The notes beneath the pieces were generated by a model, which saw only the letters and a program-made list of their open reading frames with translations, had not been told where the DNA came from and ran no database searches. From assembly GCF_000020025.1 (NCBI RefSeq), contig NC_010628.1, positions 7,440,001 to 7,472,000 on the forward strand: a stretch of 32,000 nt of DNA. The letters are read 5' to 3'. Positions 20,527 through 27,856 of this stretch are shown in pieces. Each line of letters begins with the position of its first letter. Position 1 is the first letter of the stretch. The stretch comes from Nostoc punctiforme PCC 73102. Its GTDB lineage: Bacteria > Cyanobacteriota > Cyanobacteriia > Cyanobacteriales > Nostocaceae. Position numbers and translations under genes: made by a program.

Positions 20527-23500
20527 ATGACTAACGAAGAACTGCTGCAAATTATTGAACAAGCTGTCAAAGACGAGGTAACAGAATTAGACCTTTCTTA
20601 CAAAGGGTTAACAATACTGCCACCGGAAATTGGCCAACTCACCAACCTGCAAACTCTCCACCTCGACAGTAATCAACTGAGCAGTCTGCCACCGAAAATT
20701 GGCCAACTCACCAACCTGCAAACTCTCCACCTCCGCAGTAATCAACTGAGCAGTCTGCCACCGGAAATTGGCCAACTCACCAACCTGCAAACTCTCCACC
20801 TCGGCAATAATCAACTGAGCAGTCTGCCACCGGAAATTGGCCAACTCACCAACCTGCAATCCCTCCACCTCTGGATTAATCAACTGAGCAGTCTGCCACC
20901 GGAAATTGGCCAACTCACCAACCTGCAATCCCTCGACCTCGACAGTAATCAACTGAGCAGTCTGCCACCGGAATTTGGCCAACTCACCAACCTGCAATCC
21001 CTCGACCTTGGCAGTAATCAACTGAGCAGTCTGCCACCGGAAATTGGCCAACTCACCAAGCTGCAATCCCTCGACCTCAGCAGGAATCAACTGAGCAGTC
21101 TGCCACCGGAAATTGTCCAACTCACCAAGCTGCAATCCCTCGACCTCCGCAGTAATCAACTGAGCAGTCTGCCACCGGAATTTGGCCAACTCACCAAGCT
21201 GCAATCCCTCGACCTTGGCAGTAATCAACTGAGCAGTCTGCCACCGGAAATTGTCCAACTCACCAAGCTGCAATCCCTCGACCTTGGCAGTAATCAACTG
21301 AGCAGTCTGCCACCGGAAATTGTCCAACTCACCAACCTGCAATCCCTCGACCTCAGCAGTAATCAACTGAGCAGTCTGCCACCGGAAATTGTCCAACTCA
21401 CCAAGCTGCAATCCCTCTACCTCAGCAGTAATCAACTGAGCAGTCTGCCACCGGAAATTGTCCAACTCACCAAGCTGCAATCCCTCGACCTTGGCAGTAA
21501 TCAACTGAGCAGTCTGCCACCGGAAATTGTCCAACTCACCAAGCTGCAATCCCTCGACCTTGGCAGTAATCAACTGAGCAGTCTGCCACCGGAAATTGTC
21601 CAACTCACCAACCTGCAATCCCTCGACCTCAGCAGTAATCAACTGAGCAGTCTGCCACCGGAAATTGTCCAACTCACCAAGCTGCAATCCCTCTACCTCA
21701 GCAGTAATCAACTGAGCAGTCTGCCACCGGAAATTGTCCAACTCACCAAGCTGCAATCCCTCGACCTTGGCAGTAATCAACTGAGCAGTCTGCCAAGGGA
21801 AATCAGGCAACTGTCAAACCTGAAAAAGCTGGATCTTCGTAGAAATCCAGTCCCGATTCCACCAGAGATTTTAGGGCCGAAGGCTGACTACCAAGATCCG
21901 GGTGATGTGAATGAAATTCTTGATTTCTATTTTCGGGTGCAAGACCCAGCCGAAACCGAACCTTTCTATGAAGCAAAATTCTTAATTATTGGCGAAGGAG
22001 GAGCCGGTAAAACCTCTTTAGCCAAGAAAATCAAAGACGAAACCTATAAACTCCAGCCAGAAGAAAAATCAACCCAAGGCATTGAGGTGATCCGGTGGGA
22101 CTTTACACAGTCCAATGGCAAAGATTTTCGCGTCAACATCTGGGATTTTGGCGGTCAGGAAATTTACCATCAAACTCATCAGTTTTTCCTCAGCAAGCGT
22201 TCTCTATATGCCTTAGTTGCTGACACTCGCAAAGAAAACACTGATTTTTACTGGTGGCTGAAAGTTGTCGAACTCTTGAGCGACAAGAGTCCAGTTATCA
22301 TCATCAAAAACGAAAAACAAGACCGTGATTGCCAAGTCAATGAGCGCCAGTTACGAGGAGAATTCAGCAATCTGGAGAAAATACTAGCAACCAATTTAGA
22401 TACTAATCGCGATTTAGCAAAGATTAAAGAGGCGATTCAGCTATACATCAGCAGACTTGACCATGTTGGTATACCTCTACCAAAACTTTGGGTAAGAGTC
22501 AGAGCCGCCCTAGAGAACAATTCCCAAAATTACATTAGCCGTGAAAAATACCGTGACCTTTGCCAAATAAATAATTTAACAGACCCTGAAGACATGGAGC
22601 GCTTGAGCCGCTATCTCCACGACCTCGGCGTTTGCCTCCACTTTCAAGACGATTCTACACTCAAACACTACGTCATCCTCAAACCGGAATGGGCGACAAC
22701 TGCTGTTTACAAAGTTTTGGATAATCAAACTGTCAAGGAAAAGCTAGGTTGTTTTACCAAAAATGACCTCAAAAATATTTGGAAAAGCGGCGAATATGCA
22801 GATATGCAAGATGAACTCCTGCAATTAATGATGCAGTTCAAGCTTTGCTACGAAATTCCAGGTAATCGGGAAAATTATATTGCACCTCACCTACTTTCGA
22901 CCAATCAGCCTGATTTCAATTGGGATGAATCTAACAATCTGATCCTGCGCTACACCTATGACTTCATGCCCAAAGGCATTCTTACCCGCTTTATTGTCGA
23001 AATGCACGCTCATATTGAACAACAAACCCTTGTTTGGAAAACAGGTGTTGTTCTCAATAAAGACCAAACTCGTGCCGAAGTCATTGAACAATATAATCAA
23101 CGAGAAATTAAAGTCCGCGTAGAAGGAAACCGCAAGAAAGAACTGTTGGCAATTATCACTCATGAACTAGATAAAATCCATAATTCTTACGAAAACCTAA
23201 AATATCAAACACTTGTTCCCTGCAATTGTGAAAGCTGTAAAGATAGTCAAACGCCTTATTTTTACCGTCGAGACGTGTTGTATAAATTCCGGGACAATAA
23301 TCGCTACCAAATCCAGTGCCAGGATAGCGGTGATATGGTAGATGTCCGCAGACTGATTGACGATGTTTTAGCAACTCCACCAAATTTAGAAATAGCCATG
23401 TCTGAACCCGTAACCAGAGATCAAGTTTTCATTAGCTATAGTCACAAAGATAAAAAGTGGTTCAATGACCTCAAAACTAATCTAGAACCATTAATTAGAG

Positions 23501-23856
23501 AACAAAATCTCAAACTGTGGGATGATACCCAAATCAAGCCTGGTGCTGTGTGGCGAGATGAAATCCAGGCGGCTTTGGCAACTGCAAAAGTAGCAGTGTT
23601 GCTGGTAAGTCCAAACTTCCTCGCATCAAAGTTTATTAGTCAAAATGAGTTACCACCTCTGTTAGAAGCAGCGAAAGCCGAAGGAGTCAAAATCCTTTGG
23701 ATACCTTTGCGTGCTAGCAACTACAAAGCAACAGCAATTGAAAAATATCAAGCAGCACACCCTACCGATAGCCCATTAAACACCATTATGGGAGGAAAAC
23801 GAGATCAAGCTTGGGTAAATATCTGCAACGAAATCAATACAGCAGCCTTTCGGTAA
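20527..23856 (+). CDS. ROCO-family protein with a C-terminal TIR domain (LRR x18 - Roc GTPase - COR - TIR)
   Basis: Single 1109-codon ORF with 23-aa LRRs from aa 32 to 445. Roc features: P-loop GEGGAGKTS (nt 21991-22014) and DFGGQE (22144-22158). A COR-like region ends in the cysteine cluster CNCESC. TIR signature: VFISYSHKD...VLLVSPNFLASKFISQNELPPLL. Confidence 0.9.
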   Translation: MTNEELLQIIEQAVKDEVTELDLSYKGLTILPPEIGQLTNLQTLHLDSNQLSSLPPKIGQLTNLQTLHLRSNQLSSLPPEIGQLTNLQTLHLGNNQLSSLPPEIGQLTNLQSLHLWINQLSSLPPEIGQLTNLQSLDLDSNQLSSLPPEFGQLTNLQSLDLGSNQLSSLPPEIGQLTKLQSLDLSRNQLSSLPPEIVQLTKLQSLDLRSNQLSSLPPEFGQLTKLQSLDLGSNQLSSLPPEIVQLTKLQSLDLGSNQLSSLPPEIVQLTNLQSLDLSSNQLSSLPPEIVQLTKLQSLYLSSNQLSSLPPEIVQLTKLQSLDLGSNQLSSLPPEIVQLTKLQSLDLGSNQLSSLPPEIVQLTNLQSLDLSSNQLSSLPPEIVQLTKLQSLYLSSNQLSSLPPEIVQLTKLQSLDLGSNQLSSLPREIRQLSNLKKLDLRRNPVPIPPEILGPKADYQDPGDVNEILDFYFRVQDPAETEPFYEAKFLIIGEGGAGKTSLAKKIKDETYKLQPEEKSTQGIEVIRWDFTQSNGKDFRVNIWDFGGQEIYHQTHQFFLSKRSLYALVADTRKENTDFYWWLKVVELLSDKSPVIIIKNEKQDRDCQVNERQLRGEFSNLEKILATNLDTNRDLAKIKEAIQLYISRLDHVGIPLPKLWVRVRAALENNSQNYISREKYRDLCQINNLTDPEDMERLSRYLHDLGVCLHFQDDSTLKHYVILKPEWATTAVYKVLDNQTVKEKLGCFTKNDLKNIWKSGEYADMQDELLQLMMQFKLCYEIPGNRENYIAPHLLSTNQPDFNWDESNNLILRYTYDFMPKGILTRFIVEMHAHIEQQTLVWKTGVVLNKDQTRAEVIEQYNQREIKVRVEGNRKKELLAIITHELDKIHNSYENLKYQTLVPCNCESCKDSQTPYFYRRDVLYKFRDNNRYQIQCQDSGDMVDVRRLIDDVLATPPNLEIAMSEPVTRDQVFISYSHKDKKWFNDLKTNLEPLIREQNLKLWDDTQIKPGAVWRDEIQAALATAKVAVLLVSPNFLASKFISQNELPPLLEAAKAEGVKILWIPLRASNYKATAIEKYQAAHPTDSPLNTIMGGKRDQAWVNICNEINTAAFR
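20620..21861 (+). repeat. 69-bp tandem repeat array encoding the LRRs: 17 near-identical units plus 1 degenerate unit
   Basis: Units begin at 20620+69k with CCACCGGAAAT.... Units 10-13 (21241-21516) and 14-17 (21517-21792) are identical by eye. The last unit (21793-21861) is diverged. Confidence 0.95.
21964..22480 (+). other. Roc (Ras of complex proteins) GTPase domain of the ROCO protein
   Basis: G1 GEGGAGKT (K495), G3 DFGGQ (D540) and an atypical G4-like stretch IIIKNEKQD. The domain borders are approximate. Confidence 0.75.
23422..23853 (+). other. TIR domain of the ROCO protein
   Basis: aa 966-1109: (Q)VFISYSHKDKKW, AVLLVSPNFLASKFISQNEL (Glu1041, codon 23647-23649) and KILWIPL. The pattern parallels the plant/bacterial TIR motif F.SY...D ... 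S..Y..S.WC..EL. Confidence 0.8.
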
Positions 23857-23964
23857 AAGAAGCTCTCCTTGCTTTGAATAAAATTTAAAGTTTATCTATA
23901 AAAATCTGGGTAATGCTCCAATACGGTTTAGTTAAGGGCTACTGGCAAAAATTTTGGGTTTTCA

Positions 23965-23990
23965 AGACGCGATAAATCGCCGTCTCTACA
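23965..23990. repeat. Imperfect hairpin repeat AGACGCGAT..ATCGCCGTCTCTACA downstream of the ROCO-TIR gene
   Basis: Inverted repeat with one bulged C. It shares the CGTCTCTACA arm with the hairpin at 27899-27941. It lies about 110 nt after the stop codon, so it may act as a terminator. Confidence 0.5.
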
Positions 23991-24232
23991 AGTGTTTTGG
24001 TCTCTAAAATTACAGCTAGGCACTTTTCAAACAACCTCTCAGCTAGGCTGAAAATGTTAATTCGATGAAATTCACATTGCATGTAAAATCACAGGTTAAA
24101 GTTTTGTTCTTTTGCCAAAAGTGGTATATTGGCACTTGATCCGACCGAGTACAAACTATGTATAAGCCCGCAGACCAGAGAAGTCGAGGTGTTGTACTCA
24201 CTACTATTAGGACAGGAAGGGAGAGTGGGCTT

Positions 24233-26893
24233 ATGAACAAAAATATTGGTCAAAATGGTGTTTTTCCCCTATTTAAAGGTGTACCTCTACGTCGCATTCT
24301 CGTAGCGTTGTTTGTGCTGCAAATCTTCCTAGCTGTGGGTTTGACTGCATACTTATCAATCCGCAATGGGCAAAAGGCTGTCAATGAGGTAGCTAGCGAA
24401 TTGCGTTATGAAGTCGCTAATCGAGTAGAGCAAAATTTACAGGCTTACCTTTCAACCCCGCGTCAAGTACTGCGCGGTAATCAAAATATCATTGACATTG
24501 GGTTGCTGAAGATGGAAAATTTGGCAACTTGGGAGTCATACTTAATCAAGCAGTTAGAGATTTTTCCTGATGCTGTCGCTTTAACGGCAAGCAATGAACA
24601 GCAAGAACATTTAGCGGTGGAAAAGCTCAACGATCGCCAATATTTACTCAGAAAAGCCGATAAGTCAACTGGTTACGACCTCTACACCTACAAAATTGAC
24701 CGTCAAGGTCAACGTACCCAGCTACCAGAGGTAATCAAAAACTATGATGCGCGATCGCGTCCTAACTATCAAGCAGCAGTTACCGCTAAAAAATTCAGCT
24801 TTAGTCAAATTTTTACACCCATCACCAAACCAACGCTGCTAATTAGTGCTTCTCAACCTATATATAACTCCCAAGGTGAGTTACTCGGTGTCAACAGCAC
24901 CCTAACTCATGTATCACAAATTGGGGATTTGCTGCAAAATATTAAAGTTGGCAAGTCTGGACAAGTTTTTATTATCGAGCGATCGGGGCTATTAGTGGCA
25001 AGTTCCACAACCGAAGAACCATTCCGCCTCCAAAATGGTAAACCGATTAGGTTGGCAGCTTCCCAAAGCGGGAATGCTTTTACTCAAGCCAGCGCTAAAT
25101 ATTTAGAAACTAAATTTAGTAACTTTGACCAAATTCAGAGTTTACAGCAACTAGATTTCTCTTTTGACGGCAAACGACAATTTTTAGAAATTAGACCGTT
25201 ACAGGGCGAACCAAATGTCAACTGGTTGATTGTAGTAGCTGTCCCAGAAGCAGATTTTATGGGGCAAATCGATCGCAACACTCAAACTACAATTTTTCTC
25301 TGTCTGGGAGCGTTGGGATTAGCTACTTTACTAGGAATTATCACCGCCCGTTGGATAACTCAGCCAATTTTGTACTTCAGCACAGCGACAAAAGATTTAG
25401 CTGATTTCACCAAAGGAGAAGACTCAGTGGTGATTGTACCAGGCATTAAAGAAGTAGAAATACTGGGTGAATCTTTCAACGAGATGATGCAGCATTTACG
25501 TAAAACCTTTACTGCACAGATTACTAAAAATGAAGAGTTAGAATTGCAAGTTAAACAGCGAACTCAAGAATTACAGCAAGAGATTCAAAAAAGTATTAAC
25601 AGTGAGCAAAAGCTAGAAAAGCATAATCGGGCGTTGGCAGAACTGGCAAATCATAGAACAATTTCAGAAGGAAATCTGGAAACAGCATTCAAAGTTATTA
25701 CCGAGAAAGCCGCAAATGCTTTAGAAGTAGAACGAGTAAGTGTGTGGTTATTTAATAGTGATGCTGACGGCAGGCTGCGCCAACGCACTAAGCTACAATG
25801 TATAAGTCTCTATGAACGTAGCAATCAAAAACATTCGGCAGGTTTAGAACGCGATCGCGCAGATTATCCCATCTACTTTAAATCCCTGACATCTGCCCGC
25901 ATCATCGCTGTCACCGATACTCGCACCGATCTACGGATACAAGAATTATGGGATGAATTGCTAGAAACAAAGAATATTGTATCCCTAATTAATACCTCCA
26001 TTTGGGTTGGGGGCGAAGTCGTGGGAACAATATTGTCTGAACAGATTGATATTCCTCGGACATGGGAAGTGAGCGAGCAAAACTTCGTTAGCTCAATAGC
26101 TGAATTTGTTGCTCTGACTTTAGAAGTCTGCGATCGCAAAAGTGCAGAATCCGCTCTGCGTGAGGCGAAAGAAGCTGCTGAAGTTGCAAATCGTGCCAAA
26201 AAAACCTTTTTGGTAAATATGAGTCATGAATTGAGGACTCCCTTAAGCTCCATTCTTGAAATTGCAGAAGCACTCCAAAATGAAGTGTACGGTACTGTAA
26301 CCGAAGAACAGCGCCAGTTTCTAAATACCCTCGAATCGAGCGGTAAGAACTTACTAGAATTGATTAACCAAATCCTTGAGCTTACAGATATTGAATCCAG
26401 CAAGATAGAACTGCAACTAGCGGCTACTTTTATTCCAGAATTATGTGATTCTAGTCTCAGTTTCGTCAAAAATTTAGCGTTACAGAAAAATATCCAACTG
26501 AGTGTACAAATCCCTGAAGAACTCGAACCCATCCAAGTTGATGAGCGCCGCATCCGCCAGGTATTTATCAACCTGTTGAGCAACGCTATCAAGTTTACTC
26601 ACGACGGAGGCAAAGTTTGGATTGAAGTTCAGCCAAATTCCACAAATGAATATATCTTTTTTAGCGTGGTAGATACAGGTATTGGTATGCTTTCCGATGA
26701 CCTTTTCCGATTATTTCAACCTTTTATCCAAGTTGAAAATGCCTCTACCCGTCGTTCCGCAGGTACGGGTTTAGGATTGGTGATGGTACAAAAAATCGTC
26801 GAGTTGCATGGTGGTACTGTCCACGCTGAAAGTCAGTTAGGCAAAGGTAGTCGATTTACAGTCAAACTACCGTGGAAAAAGGTTGGAGAGTAG
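24233..26893 (+). CDS. Sensor histidine kinase (TM - Cache-like periplasmic domain - TM - HAMP - coiled coil - GAF - HisKA - HATPase)
   Basis: H-box MSHELRTPLSS (His codon 26225-26227), N-box NLLSNAIKFT, G1 DTGIGM and G2 GTGLGL. Two TM segments flank a roughly 330-aa extracytoplasmic region. The ATG at 24233 follows GGAAGGGAGAG; an upstream ATG at 24158 is also possible. Confidence 0.88.
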   Translation: MNKNIGQNGVFPLFKGVPLRRILVALFVLQIFLAVGLTAYLSIRNGQKAVNEVASELRYEVANRVEQNLQAYLSTPRQVLRGNQNIIDIGLLKMENLATWESYLIKQLEIFPDAVALTASNEQQEHLAVEKLNDRQYLLRKADKSTGYDLYTYKIDRQGQRTQLPEVIKNYDARSRPNYQAAVTAKKFSFSQIFTPITKPTLLISASQPIYNSQGELLGVNSTLTHVSQIGDLLQNIKVGKSGQVFIIERSGLLVASSTTEEPFRLQNGKPIRLAASQSGNAFTQASAKYLETKFSNFDQIQSLQQLDFSFDGKRQFLEIRPLQGEPNVNWLIVVAVPEADFMGQIDRNTQTTIFLCLGALGLATLLGIITARWITQPILYFSTATKDLADFTKGEDSVVIVPGIKEVEILGESFNEMMQHLRKTFTAQITKNEELELQVKQRTQELQQEIQKSINSEQKLEKHNRALAELANHRTISEGNLETAFKVITEKAANALEVERVSVWLFNSDADGRLRQRTKLQCISLYERSNQKHSAGLERDRADYPIYFKSLTSARIIAVTDTRTDLRIQELWDELLETKNIVSLINTSIWVGGEVVGTILSEQIDIPRTWEVSEQNFVSSIAEFVALTLEVCDRKSAESALREAKEAAEVANRAKKTFLVNMSHELRTPLSSILEIAEALQNEVYGTVTEEQRQFLNTLESSGKNLLELINQILELTDIESSKIELQLAATFIPELCDSSLSFVKNLALQKNIQLSVQIPEELEPIQVDERRIRQVFINLLSNAIKFTHDGGKVWIEVQPNSTNEYIFFSVVDTGIGMLSDDLFRLFQPFIQVENASTRRSAGTGLGLVMVQKIVELHGGTVHAESQLGKGSRFTVKLPWKKVGE

Positions 26894-26951
26894 GGGGTGG
26901 AGAGTTAAAATTAACTATTTACTCGTTTCCATACTTTGTACGAGAATGGAT

Positions 26952-27380
26952 TTATTCTGCGATCGCTCCATTCAGTCCATTAAGATATGCAGTTTTAGCA
27001 TTTTCACTAGCTAATTCTTTTGGAGTCGTCCTTAAGCGTGTTGCTCTGCTTTTACGGATGCGATCGCTTTTACGAACAGCACTTGCCATTTCATATTCAC
27101 GGCTATCTTTGCCGTATTTAAAAGCAACTCCAATCAGCATTTTCTCAGTTATGTCACTTAAAGCTTTGTCCAATTCTTCCATCTCAGTTCTAGAAGAGTT
27201 AATCACGGCTAGAGCAGTATTATAAGCATCTATTTTGCTACGGTACTGCTCAATTAGTTGTGTCATGTTTTGCAAGTTGCGAGCATCCCCAAAATCCATG
27301 CTGGGATCAATTGCTTTAAGTCCAGCCACTCTTAATTCAGCTTTTTCTAAAACGCGGTATGTACGTTTTTGAGCAGGCAT
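26952..27380 (-). CDS. Hypothetical helical protein (142 aa)
   Basis: ATG start and non-repetitive, helix-prone sequence with a basic C-terminal segment (RKSDRIRKSRATRLRTTPK). No motif was recognised. Confidence 0.55.
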   Translation of the reverse strand: MPAQKRTYRVLEKAELRVAGLKAIDPSMDFGDARNLQNMTQLIEQYRSKIDAYNTALAVINSSRTEMEELDKALSDITEKMLIGVAFKYGKDSREYEMASAVRKSDRIRKSRATRLRTTPKELASENAKTAYLNGLNGAIAE

Positions 27381-27507
27381 AAATGTATCCTTTTTATTGC
27401 TTTAGAGCTAGTTTGCCTTACTAAAGCGGTGTTTTAGTTCAGTAAAATCCTCACAGCTTGGTGTCTAATATAATATAAATACCAGTGTTTCTCACAAAAA
27501 TTATGGT

Positions 27508-27667
27508 TTTGTTGATGAAACGCATGAGTTTGTTGATGAACAGAACGATTTTGTTGATGAAACGCATGGGTTTGTTGATGAAACGCATGAGTTTGTTGAT
27601 GAAACGCATGAGTTTGTTGATGAACAGAACGATTTTGTTGATGAAACGCATGGGTTTGTTGATGATT
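27508..27667. repeat. 21-bp tandem repeat array: 7 full units plus a 13-nt partial unit, in two unit types
   Basis: Unit A is TTTGTTGATGAAACGCATG(A/G)G and unit B is TTTGTTGATGAACAGAACGAT. The order is A B A A | A B A (partial A), i.e. an 84-bp higher-order repeat present about twice. Confidence 0.95.
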
Positions 27668-27729
27668 AGGGACTTCCAAATAAAAAAATGTCCTAAAACT
27701 GATGAAAAAACTCTCTCTATTTCTCCTCT

Positions 27730-27755
27730 CTCTGTGTTCTCTGTGTCTCTGTGGT
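27730..27755. repeat. CT-rich dispersed repeat CTCTGTGTTCTCTGTGTCTCTGTGGT (second copy at 30734-30759)
   Basis: 22 of 26 nt are identical to CTCTGTGCCCTCTGCGCCTCTGTGGT at 30734-30759, in the same orientation. GC-rich Nostoc-type repeat sequence follows (27756-27850). Confidence 0.5.
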
Positions 27756-27856
27756 AGCCTGCGGCAAGCCGCTGACGCTCCTTTGTCGCTACCGCTTCTC
27801 TACGAGAGGCTTGTCTGCGACACGCTCCGCGAACGCCAACGCTAATGCGTCTATGT

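Noticed and set aside
20608-21810. 400-aa minus-strand ORF (FRWQTAQLITAEVEGLQLGELDN repeats) opposite the LRR region
   Set aside because: This is a shadow ORF created by the stop-free 69-bp repeat. The plus strand carries a continuous 1109-codon gene with recognisable LRR, Roc and TIR motifs, whereas the minus-strand product has no motif and ends with the repeat.
22891-24240. Minus-strand ORFs at 22891-23163 and 23156-23383 (inside the COR region) and at 24043-24240 (upstream of the kinase)
   Set aside because: The first two are antisense to the continuous ROCO-TIR ORF. The third spans the kinase promoter and start region and has no supporting features.
25873-26592. Three minus-strand ORFs (108, 61 and 122 aa) inside the histidine kinase gene
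   Set aside because: They are antisense to a gene with intact GAF and HisKA/HATPase motifs. No independent support exists.
26872-27225. 117-aa plus-strand ORF overlapping the 3' end of the kinase gene and the 142-aa minus-strand gene
   Set aside because: It overlaps two more plausible genes, and its Leu/Ser-rich product has no motif. The minus-strand 142-aa ORF has an ATG start and cleaner composition.
27508-27667. CRISPR array interpretation of the 21-bp repeats (and of the 69-bp array at 20620-21861)
   Set aside because: The units are directly adjacent with no unique spacers. The 69-bp array lies inside a coding sequence, and no cas genes are present in the window.
27434-27757. Three overlapping ORFs (81, 66 and 90 aa) across the 21-bp repeat array
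   Set aside because: Three different frames are open only because the 21-nt unit lacks stop codons. The 81-aa ORF starts at a TTG (checked by hand), no ribosome-binding site is evident for any of them, and the products are pure repeat. This is kept as a possibility in the findings but not annotated as CDS.
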